37,053 bases of DNA, taken from NCBI GenBank assembly GCA_964405585.1, contig CAYOOS010000003.1, positions 1 through 37,053 on the forward strand, read 5' to 3'. This document shows, one piece after another, positions 9,292 through 18,084 of the stretch; the stretch's first letter is position 1; the number at the start of each line of letters is the position of its first letter. The notes under the pieces were generated by a model. It did no database searches. It had not been told where the DNA came from and worked only from the letters and a program-made list of their open reading frames with translations. Origin of the DNA: an uncultured Acidobacteriaceae bacterium (GTDB taxonomy: Bacteria > Acidobacteriota > Terriglobia > Acidiferrales > UBA7541). The position numbers were made by a program, and so were the translations under genes.

Positions 9292-9687
9292 TCAACGTTG
9301 CTCCCCGCAAAATGGTTCGGCAACGATCTGATACTCATCCTCGTACACTATATAACCCACGCGATTTACCTTTAGCATCTGAACAGCCACACCATGGTTT
9401 TCAAGAATCGCCACCAACGATCTGACTCTATCGAGATGTTCTTGTGCGCTATCCTTGAACCATGAAATTGCCCTGTTTTTATTGCGGTAGAACGCACCCT
9501 TCGACGTCGTAAACCGGGTAGGCTTTTCAAGGTTTTTGTTAAACCATTCGCGGATCAGGTCGTGCTGTTCCTCCTCATACGGAAAAAGCCTTCCCTGTTC
9601 TCGCAGGTATCCGATAGCATGGAACACGCCAAGCTCGCGCTGCGAATCCTCATCGATCTCGCCAACGACGAATCTGAGGTACATCAT
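9292..9687 (-). CDS. Hypothetical protein (131 aa)
   Basis: Fills the ispG-gatC gap on the same strand, starting 20 nt after the ispG stop. Protein-like composition (WFNKNLEKP, AISWFKDSA, GYIVYEDEYQIVAEP). Confidence 0.8.
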   Translation of the reverse strand: MMYLRFVVGEIDEDSQRELGVFHAIGYLREQGRLFPYEEEQHDLIREWFNKNLEKPTRFTTSKGAFYRNKNRAISWFKDSAQEHLDRVRSLVAILENHGVAVQMLKVNRVGYIVYEDEYQIVAEPFCGEQR

Positions 9688-9707
9688 TCAATGCTTTCCG
9701 AGCGGAA

Positions 9708-10988
9708 TTACTGGGACAGGGTCTCTGCTGTCTTCCGAGGATATTTCGTGCTCACATAGTTGTCCACGAGCTTTTGAAACGCCACCGCCAGTTCGTCGTA
9801 CGTACCTTCCAATGTCACGTCCTTCTGCCCATCAATATATACGGGGCAGCGCGGTGCTTCCCCCGTCCCCGGCAGGCTGATGCCGATATTCGCGGCCTTC
9901 GATTCGCCAGGGCCGTTCACGATGCAGCCCATCACCGCCAGCGTCATCGTCTCCACGCCTTCATACTGCGTCTTCCATACCGGCATCATGTCGCGGATGT
10001 ATCCCTGAACGCTTTCCGCCAACTCCTGAAACGTCGTGCTGGTGGTTCGTCCGCAACCCGGGCAAGCCGTCACGCTCGGTGCAAACGACCGCATCCCGAG
10101 CGCCTGCAGCAGCTCGCAGCAGGCGTACACTTCCTCGCGGCGATCCCCGCCCGGTCGCGGCGTCAGCGAAATGCGAATCGTATCCCCAATCCCCTCGTAC
10201 AGCAGCACGCCCAGCGATGCCGCCGACCACACCAGGCCCTTCGTCCCCATGCCCGCTTCGGTCAATCCCAAATGCAGCGGCTGCTGCGTCTTCGCGGAAA
10301 GGTCGCGGTACACGGTGATCAGGTCGCGCGGCCGTGAAGTCTTGCACGAAATAATGATCTGGTCGGTCCTCAGACCGCTTTCCAGCGCCAACTCCGTGGA
10401 CTCTAGCGCCGAGAGCACCATGCAATCGTTGATGATCTCCTCGCTCTCCTTGCCCAAATTCTTATCGGTGTTCTCCTGCATCTTGCGCATCACCAGTTCC
10501 TGGTTCAGCGAGCCGCCATTCACGCCAATGCGTACCGGCTTGCCGTGATCCACCGCCACCTTGCAGATCGTGGAAAACTGCTCATCTCGCCGCTGGCCCG
10601 CGCCGACGTTGCCCGGATTGATGCGATATTTGTCCAACGCCGCCGCACACTCCGGGTATTTCGTTAGTAGCACGTGGCCGTTGTAATGGAAGTCGCCGAT
10701 GATGGGTACGTTGCACCCGGCGTCCAGTAGGCGCTTCTTGATCTCCGGCACAGCCGCCGCGGCTTCCGGCACGTTCACCGTCCAGCGGACCAGTTCGCTG
10801 CCCGCCTCGGCCAGCTCCAGCGTTTGTTGCAGCGTCGTCTTCACGTCCGCCGTATCCGTGTTCGTCATGGACTGCACCACGATGGGCGCGCCGCCGCCCA
10901 CCACGATGCGTCCCACCTTCACGCCATAAGTCTTCCGGCGCGGGTGCCGCAGTGCATTCGCATCAAAGCCCGAAATCTGGTTCAACAT
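9708..10988 (-). CDS. ispG: (E)-4-hydroxy-3-methylbut-2-enyl-diphosphate synthase
   Basis: [52 protein letters not shown], and the [4Fe-4S] ligand motifs CPGCGRT and [10 protein letters not shown]. Confidence 0.97.
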   Translation of the reverse strand: MLNQISGFDANALRHPRRKTYGVKVGRIVVGGGAPIVVQSMTNTDTADVKTTLQQTLELAEAGSELVRWTVNVPEAAAAVPEIKKRLLDAGCNVPIIGDFHYNGHVLLTKYPECAAALDKYRINPGNVGAGQRRDEQFSTICKVAVDHGKPVRIGVNGGSLNQELVMRKMQENTDKNLGKESEEIINDCMVLSALESTELALESGLRTDQIIISCKTSRPRDLITVYRDLSAKTQQPLHLGLTEAGMGTKGLVWSAASLGVLLYEGIGDTIRISLTPRPGGDRREEVYACCELLQALGMRSFAPSVTACPGCGRTTSTTFQELAESVQGYIRDMMPVWKTQYEGVETMTLAVMGCIVNGPGESKAANIGISLPGTGEAPRCPVYIDGQKDVTLEGTYDELAVAFQKLVDNYVSTKYPRKTAETLSQ

Positions 10989-10996
10989 ATCCCTTT

Positions 10997-11005
10997 ATTT
11001 TACCA
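10997..11005 (-). promoter_or_regulatory. Extended -10 element (TGGTAAAAT), near-leaderless ispG transcript
   Basis: TG-G-TAAAAT ends 8 nt before the ATG at 10988. Confidence 0.55.
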
Positions 11006-11046
11006 GCCCGCCTGCATTTGTGTCCTGCTTCTCGGTCTTGGGCTGT

Positions 11047-11120
11047 GTAGCGCAGGGCGAGTCCTCGAGTCCTGCGGTTTTTCTCTAGCCTCAGTAGGGG
11101 CGCAGGACCCCTACGCCCCA
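11047..11120 (+). repeat. Two GTAG-led palindromes (REP-like)
   Basis: GTAG+CGCAGGGC...GTCCTGCG (11047-11076) and GTAG+GGGCGCAGGACCCCTACGCCCC (11094-11119). Confidence 0.6.
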
Positions 11121-11168
11121 TGTCCGCACGTTCTTCTGATCTTGAGCCCCGCCGCACGGCAAGTAGCA

Positions 11169-11957
11169 CTACTGCGGCGTGATGTGTACTCCTCGCTCGA
11201 TGAGAAACTGCTTGTAGCAAAGTTGCTGTTCCTCTGTCGGCACGGAAGTGTTCAGCGGCGGGGGGTCCAAGCCCAGTAGTCCAAATTTGTACAAACCGAT
11301 GTCATGGTAAGGCAAGATCTCCACGCCCCGAAGTCGCCGGTACTTGTGGCTAAGTGCGGCGATGCCGTCCAGATGCTCCTGCGAGTCATTGATCCCCGGC
11401 AGAATCGGGCAGCGAAGAATGATCGCGGCGCCCGACCGATAAAGAAATTCCAAATTGCTAAGGATAAGTTCATTCCCCGCGCCAGTCCATCGCAGATGTG
11501 ATTCCGAGGATGTCAGTTTGTAGTCGTAGAGGACTAAATCCACCAAAGGAAGCAACTCCGCAAAATCCTCCCGTCTGTCGTGGCCGGAAGTATCCAGGCA
11601 GGTATGAATGTTGTGCTCCCGAGCTGCCTGCAGCAGTGCTTTGCAAAACGCAAACTGCAGCGTAGGTTCCCCGCCACTCAACGTGATGCCGCCTCCGGAA
11701 ACCTCGTAATAAACCCGGTCCCGCAACACAACCTGCATCACTTCATCCACCGACATCGTCCGCCCAAACGTGCGATATTGCCCCAAAGCGTCGGGCTGCG
11801 CAGCCGTCTGCGGTTCCAGACTCCACGATTCCGGGTTATGACACCACTGACAGCGCAGGTAGCATCCCTTCAGGAAAACGACCGTGCGCACTCCTGGTCC
11901 GTCATGCAGGGCGGCGCGTTGGATATCGAAGACAATTCCCTTTGGACTTTCAGGCAT
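11169..11957 (-). CDS. Glycyl-radical enzyme activating protein (radical SAM)
   Basis: HDGPGVRTVVFLKGCYLRCQWCHNPES (CX3CX2C), GGGITLSGGEP, LDTSG, PGINDS and ILPYH. Start at MPESPKG, just after the GRE stop. Confidence 0.95.
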   Translation of the reverse strand: MPESPKGIVFDIQRAALHDGPGVRTVVFLKGCYLRCQWCHNPESWSLEPQTAAQPDALGQYRTFGRTMSVDEVMQVVLRDRVYYEVSGGGITLSGGEPTLQFAFCKALLQAAREHNIHTCLDTSGHDRREDFAELLPLVDLVLYDYKLTSSESHLRWTGAGNELILSNLEFLYRSGAAIILRCPILPGINDSQEHLDGIAALSHKYRRLRGVEILPYHDIGLYKFGLLGLDPPPLNTSVPTEEQQLCYKQFLIERGVHITPQ

Positions 11958-12000
11958 AGGATTTGCCGCCACGCTCGCTTTAAACGGAACGATGCTCCTG

Positions 12001-14286
12001 CTATTCGTAAAGCGTGCGGTGCAACACGTCAAGTTGCGCTTCGGGAGGAAGATCAATAAACCGCGCGCTAAAGCCTCCCACCCGCACCATCAGGTGGCCC
12101 CACTTTTCCGGCTCGCGCATTGCGGATTCCAGATCCCCGCGGCTCACAACCGTAACCATCGCCTGCGTGCCGCCTTGGCGAAAATATCCCGCCAGCAAAG
12201 CTTCCAGCTTCGCGCGGCTCCGTGTGAACAGCGACTTCGCGAATTTCATGTTCTGGACAGCGCCCGCGTGAATGTTTGGGTCGAGCTTCGCCAGGGAATT
12301 CAGGAACGCCGTGATCCCGCTGCGATCCATCCCCGGCGAAGGATTAATGGCATTGGCCAGCGTCTCGCCGGCAAGGCGCCCGTCGGGCGAAGCGGCTGTC
12401 GTCTTTCCGAACAGCGCATTCACCCAATTGTTGATGATCACAATCAGGTAAGAATCCAATCCAACTTTGGCGGCTTGCGCCATCGCCACATGGCAAACGT
12501 GATTGTGCACCCGCTGCGCCATGCCATCGGCCTCGTCATCATCGTTTCCAAACTTCGGCGCGCGCTGCAAATCCGTGCGAATCGCCTCGTAACCCTGAAA
12601 ATTCGCATCGCAAGCCGCCACAACTTCCTGAAGCGTGTACCGCCGCTCGTCGTACACACACTTCTTCAGCGCCATCAGGCTGTCGCCAGCATTGATGTTG
12701 CCATAAGCTTCCAGCGTGCCTCCCAGGTAGCGCGCTCCTCCCTTAAAGATGGGTCGGCCGCGTTCCAGGCAATCATCGTAAAGCAGGCTCAGCATCAGGA
12801 ACGGGCTTCCTTCTCCTACCACCTCGTATTCGATCTTTTCCTGCAGTGCCAAAGCAGCCACGTGATATTCCACCTGGCGGCAATACGCGCTCCACAACTC
12901 CTCGAACGTTTGGAACGCTTGCACTTCACCCGTGGCGATTCCCAGCGCGCGGCCTGTAACTGGATTCATGCCGTTGTGCAATGTCACTTCCAGGCATTTC
13001 ATCAAGTTAATCAATCCATTCGGCGTGCCGATGCCGCGATGGTCCAAAACGTATTCGCCGCACCCAAACGGCACATATTGCAGCGCTTCTTCATGACTCA
13101 CTTGAAACGCCTTGGCCACTGCAGGGACGTTAACGTCGTCGTTATAGAGCAGCGGGAAGGTGCGCCCCTCGCCGAGGCTTGTGATCGCCCGATCCATCAA
13201 CTCCGGATTTTGTCCCTCGTAGAATCGCAGGGAAAGCTGTGGCTGGTTCAGCGGCAGAATCCGGCTGGCCTCCAGCGCCAGCAGAGCAAACCGGTCAGCC
13301 TCGGCAGGGTTATCGCGGCCCATCCCGCCAATGAAAACTCGGTTGTTGTACTGGTTGGAGTAGGCGTTCATCAGTTGCCACAGCGATTGCAACAGCTCTA
13401 GCGCTTCATCTTCCCCCAAAATTCCCGCATCCAAATCCCGCGCCAAGAATGGCCCCATGTACACATCCATGCGTCCATAGTTCCAACTGCCCGAAAGCAA
13501 GGCGTAGAGCCAGAAAAGTTGCAAAGCCTCCCGGAAAGTTGCGGGCGGATGTAGGGGCAATCCAGCAAGGCACTGCGAGATGTTTTGAAGTTGCTCCTGA
13601 GCCGTCGTCTCCGTGACTTGTGTGGCCTGGATTTCCGCCTGGCCGGCATAGTGTCGGCAGACATTCTCCAAAATGTTGACGGTACCTTGCAGATGCTGGA
13701 GCAGCCGCAACTCCTCTGTTCCCTTTCGCGAATCACCTATCCTTTGATCCAATTCTCTTCTCAGTCCCGGAATTCCCAAACGAAGCAGCTTGCCGTAATC
13801 AGGGACTGTTCCTGCCATTCGATACAGCGGGAAGGCGATTCCACTTTCAACCGTCCAGTTGTCGCTCGGCAGTGCCTTCTGGACCGCAGGTGGATACGCA
13901 GCCCGTGTTTTGGCCTGCGTGTTCTCGCCTTTCCAGAACTCCAGCATGTCCTCGACTTCGCGCGCTTGCTCGCCGGACATCGCCGCGAGCCGCTTCACTT
14001 CTCGAATTTCGCTTTCCCGGCAGTAATAACCCAACCCCATCGCTTCCGCACTGAATCCCACGAGCGGATAACGAATCCGCCCTGCCAGCAGATCACCCGG
14101 CTCCATCGGCAGCAAAATCGCAGGAAACAGCACCGCCAGACACTTCAACTCCCGCACAAACGAGTTCTCTGTCTCGCATGTCCGGTAGGCGCGCGTGAAC
14201 GCCAACTCCAGTTCCAGCGGGTGCCCACGCTTCTGTCGGGCCGCCTCGTACGCCGCGTCTATCGAAATCTCATTCAGTGTCTGCAA
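12001..14286 (-). CDS. Glycyl-radical enzyme (PFL-like superfamily), substrate unknown
   Basis: C-terminal Gly loop RVGGFS (Gly738); thiyl loop PFGCGEY (Cys409); GRMD, PKFGNDD and ASPDGR motifs; adjacent activase; TTG start. Confidence 0.95.
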   Translation of the reverse strand: MQTLNEISIDAAYEAARQKRGHPLELELAFTRAYRTCETENSFVRELKCLAVLFPAILLPMEPGDLLAGRIRYPLVGFSAEAMGLGYYCRESEIREVKRLAAMSGEQAREVEDMLEFWKGENTQAKTRAAYPPAVQKALPSDNWTVESGIAFPLYRMAGTVPDYGKLLRLGIPGLRRELDQRIGDSRKGTEELRLLQHLQGTVNILENVCRHYAGQAEIQATQVTETTAQEQLQNISQCLAGLPLHPPATFREALQLFWLYALLSGSWNYGRMDVYMGPFLARDLDAGILGEDEALELLQSLWQLMNAYSNQYNNRVFIGGMGRDNPAEADRFALLALEASRILPLNQPQLSLRFYEGQNPELMDRAITSLGEGRTFPLLYNDDVNVPAVAKAFQVSHEEALQYVPFGCGEYVLDHRGIGTPNGLINLMKCLEVTLHNGMNPVTGRALGIATGEVQAFQTFEELWSAYCRQVEYHVAALALQEKIEYEVVGEGSPFLMLSLLYDDCLERGRPIFKGGARYLGGTLEAYGNINAGDSLMALKKCVYDERRYTLQEVVAACDANFQGYEAIRTDLQRAPKFGNDDDEADGMAQRVHNHVCHVAMAQAAKVGLDSYLIVIINNWVNALFGKTTAASPDGRLAGETLANAINPSPGMDRSGITAFLNSLAKLDPNIHAGAVQNMKFAKSLFTRSRAKLEALLAGYFRQGGTQAMVTVVSRGDLESAMREPEKWGHLMVRVGGFSARFIDLPPEAQLDVLHRTLYE

Positions 14287-14337
14287 GGGGGGAACCGTTC
14301 CTTCAATCGGCCTGGTTCTGCTTCGTCGACTCCCTCC

Positions 14338-14346
14338 ATGTTAGCA
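14338..14346 (-). promoter_or_regulatory. Extended -10 element (TGCTAACAT) upstream of the GRE gene
   Basis: TGnTANNNT match about 50 nt upstream of the GRE start. Confidence 0.45.
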
Positions 14347-14481
14347 CTTAGCGAATGGCCGCCCCTCTCCAGTTGCTGGTTTCAGGCCCTCCCGCAAGCG
14401 ATTTCAGCATTGAGCAAGGCGTCGTTGGGAGTTAGGATTCATCTCATCGGGCTCATCGCGGATTGATGGGAGGAAACGAAT

Positions 14482-14916
14482 ATGGCCGTGAAAGTGAAAC
14501 GCATTTCGCTGTGGCGGAAAGAACTTGAGAATAAGGCCGGTACCTTGGCCGGGACACTGGAACCGCTGGCCAAGGCCGGGGCGGACCTGGAGATTGTCAT
14601 GGGGTACCGTTATCCGGGGGAAGGCACAAAAGCAGCGGTGGAGCTGTATCCTATCGGAGGCAAGAAAACGACGCAAGCGGCGCAGAGCGCGGGGCTGACA
14701 GTTGCAACAATTCCTGCGCTCGTCGTCGCGGGAGATGACCGCCCTGGACTAGGGCATGCTATCGCCCTGGCAATGGCAGAGGCAGGCATCAACCTGGATT
14801 TCCTTGTGGCGCAAGTCATCGGCAGAAAGTACTCCGCCGTGATCGGCTTCGAGAACGACGCCGATGCGATCAAAGCCAGCGCGTTGATCAAGAAGGTGGC
14901 CGCGAAGAAGAAATGA
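14482..14916 (+). CDS. Tandem ACT-domain protein
   Basis: Two ACT repeats (ENKAGTLAGTLEPLAKAGADL and DDRPGLGHAIALAMAEAGINL); GGGAGG RBS. Confidence 0.85.
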   Translation: MAVKVKRISLWRKELENKAGTLAGTLEPLAKAGADLEIVMGYRYPGEGTKAAVELYPIGGKKTTQAAQSAGLTVATIPALVVAGDDRPGLGHAIALAMAEAGINLDFLVAQVIGRKYSAVIGFENDADAIKASALIKKVAAKKK

Positions 14917-14959
14917 ACGCATACTAACGCAAGGTACTTAACCAGGTCTTTACTATCTG

Positions 14960-14968
14960 TGTTAGATT
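14960..14968 (+). promoter_or_regulatory. Extended -10 element (TGTTAGATT), probable leaderless start of the TlpA gene
   Basis: TG-T-TAGATT followed by 6 nt and then the ATG at 14975; no SD sequence. Confidence 0.55.
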
Positions 14969-14974
14969 GGGCGC

Positions 14975-15562
14975 ATGATGACGAAAAACTCTTTCGCTCG
15001 ATTGACGCTCTTTTCAGTCCTCCTTCTCGGCGTGCTGACGGCATTTGGAGCCACGAATGGCAAAGAGCCCGCTCCCCGCTTCCACGCCAAAACCATGGAC
15101 GGGCAGAATTTCACCAATGAATCCACAAAAGGCAAGGTAGTGTTGTTTGAGTTTTGGACCACTTGGTGCCCGTATTGTGTCGGCGAAGCACCGTTCGTGG
15201 ACCAGGTCTCGCAGGAGTTCAAAGACAAAGGCCTGATCGTCCTGGCGGTAAACGTCGGCGAGTCCAAGAAAACGGTGAAGAAATATCTTGAGGGGCATCC
15301 GAGGGATTGCTCGATCGTTTTGATGGAAGACACCAACCTCGCCGCCATGTACGCCGCGACCGTCTACCCGATCTATGTGCTGGTCGATCGCGACGGCAAC
15401 GTTGTGGGCACGCAACGCGGCGCAGCGGGAGAAAGAGCATTACGCCGATTGCTCACGCGCGCCGGAATTGGCGCCGATTCGGATGAGAGTTCCTCCGCCA
15501 CTCCGGTTGAACAGGGAGAGATGAGAGAACCTCTTAAGCAGGTGGATGGAAATCTGCGATAA
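14975..15562 (+). CDS. TlpA-family thioredoxin-like disulfide reductase, exported
   Basis: Signal peptide, GKVVLFEFWTTWCPYC (WCxxC) and the cis-Pro motif YPIYVLVDRDG. Confidence 0.92.
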   Translation: MMTKNSFARLTLFSVLLLGVLTAFGATNGKEPAPRFHAKTMDGQNFTNESTKGKVVLFEFWTTWCPYCVGEAPFVDQVSQEFKDKGLIVLAVNVGESKKTVKKYLEGHPRDCSIVLMEDTNLAAMYAATVYPIYVLVDRDGNVVGTQRGAAGERALRRLLTRAGIGADSDESSSATPVEQGEMREPLKQVDGNLR

Positions 15563-15597
15563 GCCAGGAAATTTCCCCTTGAAAATAAGTTCGTGGC

Positions 15598-17340
15598 TCA
15601 AGCGCCGCCAAAGCCGCAGGCTTTGAGCAGCGAACGGAAACGCGGTTCGTCGCGAAAAGAATCCCATTTGGGGTCGATAGGCAGAAAAGCAAGATGGACA
15701 TCGCGCACTATCAGTGCTCGCTCCAGCGCATCCAGGGCCTGATAACGTTCGCCAAGTCCGGCATACACGAGGGCTTCGGCATAGAGCGGAACGTAGCGCT
15801 CCTTTGCCAGCGTTTCCAACATGGATAACACTTCCCGGGCTTCCGCTGTCCGTCCCAGCCCTGCCAGAATGTAGCCCCGAAGCGAAATAGCCTTGCTGTT
15901 CCCGCCAGATAATCGCGCTGCGAGGTTTAGTGCCTTGAGCGCTGACTCGCGTTCCCCCAACCGCTCCAGCGCTTGTCCCAATTGCATGTAGCCAATCCAG
16001 AATTCCGGGTCGATGGTGATCGATTGGCGGGCGAACCGCTCGGCGGCGTTATCGTCCCGGCCGGAAAATGCGATCTGGGAAGAGAGGGCATGATGTCCAG
16101 CCAGGAGCGGATCGAGCTGGCGGGCCCGGCCTATGGCCTTCAGCGCCTCGCTGGGCCGTTGCAAGTGGGATAGCACAATCCCCAACAAACGGTGCGCCAA
16201 CGAATAATTGGGATCGAGCAGGTTGGCCTTACGAAATGCCGACTCCGCTGCAAGCCAATCCCAATCCAGCCAGAATTTCACGAAGCCCAGCGAAGTTTGC
16301 GTCTCCGCAAGGTTGGCGTCCGCGGCCACGGCGTGCGCTGCCGCATCGCGGGCCAGAGGCCCCACTTCCAAAGGCGACGCGTCCCCATTGATAGGGCTGC
16401 CAGTGTAGCCATCCGCCAAACCAGACCACGCGAGGGCATACTGAGGATCAAGTTGTGTAGCCCTCTGGAAAAAAGAACTCGCCCGCTTGGTTGTCGCCGA
16501 TGAGAGTTGGTTCCAGAAATATCTGCCACGCAAATAGAGGTCATAGGCTTCCGCGTTGCGCGACTGGCGGCGCGCCAGTGCCGTCATGCGTTCCGGAGAT
16601 AGCCGCAGCCGGATCTGTTCTCCAATGTTGCGGCTCATTTCTTGCTGGAATTCCAGGATGCTACCGGGCTGGCTGTCGTAGGACATGGACCAAAGTTGCG
16701 TGTGATCGCGCACACCGATTAGTTTCGAAGTAATGCGCAAGCGCTCACCCTCGGTGCGCATGGAACTTTCAATGATGTAAGTGGCCTTCAGTTCGTCTGC
16801 GACCTGCGCGAGCGTCTTCTGGGTGCGCTTGTAGGACATCATCGTCGTGCGGCCTATCACACGAAGATGCTCCGGGTCGATCAGCCCAAGGGCGGTGATG
16901 ACTTCTTCGGTCAAGCCATCGGCGACGTACTCACGTTCGCCCTGTGCGCTCAGGTTCTCAAACGGCAGAACGGCCAGAGTGACGGGCAGCGACGTTTCCG
17001 GCGCGGAATCGGCGATGGCCTCGACCGTGGGAATGAATTGATAGCCCTTCCCTGGGAGGGTCGCGATATAAACGTTGTCCCCGCGTGTCTCTCCCAAAAT
17101 GCGGCGTAGAGCCGAGATATTCTGGTTCAGATTGTTTTCTTCCACCACCGTATCCGGCCACACTGCTCGCATCAATTCGTTCTTTGCCACCAGCTTCCCT
17201 CGGTGGCGCACCAGGTACAGCAGCGTATCGAAGACTTTCGGAGTAAGAGGCACCGGTGCGCCTTTGCGCAGCAGTAGACGCTTTTCCGCCTCCAACCGGA
17301 AGTTCCCAAATTCGTAGATGGATGGCTCTTCAGCGCTCAT
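15598..17340 (-). CDS. Winged-HTH (OmpR/CadC-type) + TolB-like + TPR transcriptional regulator
   Basis: YEFGNF...LTPKVFDTLLYLV...ELMRAVWPD...ISALRRIL...ATLPGKGYQF (wHTH); LAVLPFENLS...DGLTEEVI (TolB-like); AYDLYLRG and repeated LDP-type TPRs. Confidence 0.93.
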   Translation of the reverse strand: MSAEEPSIYEFGNFRLEAEKRLLLRKGAPVPLTPKVFDTLLYLVRHRGKLVAKNELMRAVWPDTVVEENNLNQNISALRRILGETRGDNVYIATLPGKGYQFIPTVEAIADSAPETSLPVTLAVLPFENLSAQGEREYVADGLTEEVITALGLIDPEHLRVIGRTTMMSYKRTQKTLAQVADELKATYIIESSMRTEGERLRITSKLIGVRDHTQLWSMSYDSQPGSILEFQQEMSRNIGEQIRLRLSPERMTALARRQSRNAEAYDLYLRGRYFWNQLSSATTKRASSFFQRATQLDPQYALAWSGLADGYTGSPINGDASPLEVGPLARDAAAHAVAADANLAETQTSLGFVKFWLDWDWLAAESAFRKANLLDPNYSLAHRLLGIVLSHLQRPSEALKAIGRARQLDPLLAGHHALSSQIAFSGRDDNAAERFARQSITIDPEFWIGYMQLGQALERLGERESALKALNLAARLSGGNSKAISLRGYILAGLGRTAEAREVLSMLETLAKERYVPLYAEALVYAGLGERYQALDALERALIVRDVHLAFLPIDPKWDSFRDEPRFRSLLKACGFGGA

Positions 17341-17352
17341 GGCACCCGTTAC

Positions 17353-17397
17353 TTCAGATATTTTCAGAAGTTTTCAGGCCGATTCTAAAGACTTTCC
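17353..17397. promoter_or_regulatory. 10-bp-phased TTCAG direct repeats, candidate wHTH operator
   Basis: TTCAG at 17353, 17363 and 17373, with degenerate TTCTA (17383) and TTTCC (17393), in the divergent intergenic region. Confidence 0.7.
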
Positions 17398-17469
17398 CTG
17401 GCCTTGGGAAGAGTATTGCCCAGCCGCGCCCGATGGGCCGGAGCACGCACGATATTCCGATAAGGAGAC

Positions 17470-18009
17470 ATGTTTATGAGACACGGGAATTGGAAAGTCA
17501 CTCTTGGATTGGCGTTGGTAGCGTTGTTGGTACTCTCTGCAGGCTGGAGCGTCCCCGCGTGGTCCCGGCCGGACGACTATGAGCTGATCGGAACTTGGCG
17601 TGTCACCGTCACTCAAGCGAACTGCAGCACCGGAGCCATCATGGGAAAGTTTCAATCGATTTTGACTTTTGCTGATGGCGGAACGATGGCGGAAGACACC
17701 ACCAACCCCGCGTTCGCGCCAGGGCAGCGTGGAGCTGGGCAAGGAGTTTGGCAGTACTCGGGCCACCGCACATATACAGCAAGGAGCATTGCGTTTATCA
17801 ACTTTGACACCCCCACCCCCCCTTCCGGGCCAACCCCAATCCCTTTTTTCAAGAGGGGCACGCAAACCATCGCACAGACTATCGTATTTAACGGTAGTCC
17901 TAATGAATGGACCAGCAACGCCACAGTGCAATTTGACGATTCCACCGGAACACCCTACTCGCCAAGCCCAGCACCAGCGTGTGTCACTGCGGTGGGTGAA
18001 CGCTTTTAA
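17470..18009 (+). CDS. Hypothetical secreted beta-rich protein
   Basis: TAAGGAG RBS, signal peptide, LIGTWRVTVT (GxW) and GQGVW motifs, two Cys. Confidence 0.85.
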   Translation: MFMRHGNWKVTLGLALVALLVLSAGWSVPAWSRPDDYELIGTWRVTVTQANCSTGAIMGKFQSILTFADGGTMAEDTTNPAFAPGQRGAGQGVWQYSGHRTYTARSIAFINFDTPTPPSGPTPIPFFKRGTQTIAQTIVFNGSPNEWTSNATVQFDDSTGTPYSPSPAPACVTAVGERF

Positions 18010-18084
18010 TTCGAGGGCTGAACACGAACCAGATTGGGTTTAGCACGATCTGGAGATGCCCTCGGCCAAAGAAATGGCGGAACG

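Noticed and set aside
11884-13401. 505-aa plus-strand ORF antisense to the GRE
   Set aside because: Shadow ORF of a GC-rich gene; no recognisable motif and fully overlaps a well-supported CDS.
12001-14286. Calling the GRE pflB, cutC or hypD
   Set aside because: Lacks the PFL Cys-Cys pair and the GCVE loop of those eliminases, and has no supporting pathway genes nearby.
14341-14367. TTAGCACT resembling a CIRCE half-site
   Set aside because: The second arm (GAGTGCTAA after 9 nt) is absent; better read as an extended -10 element on the minus strand.
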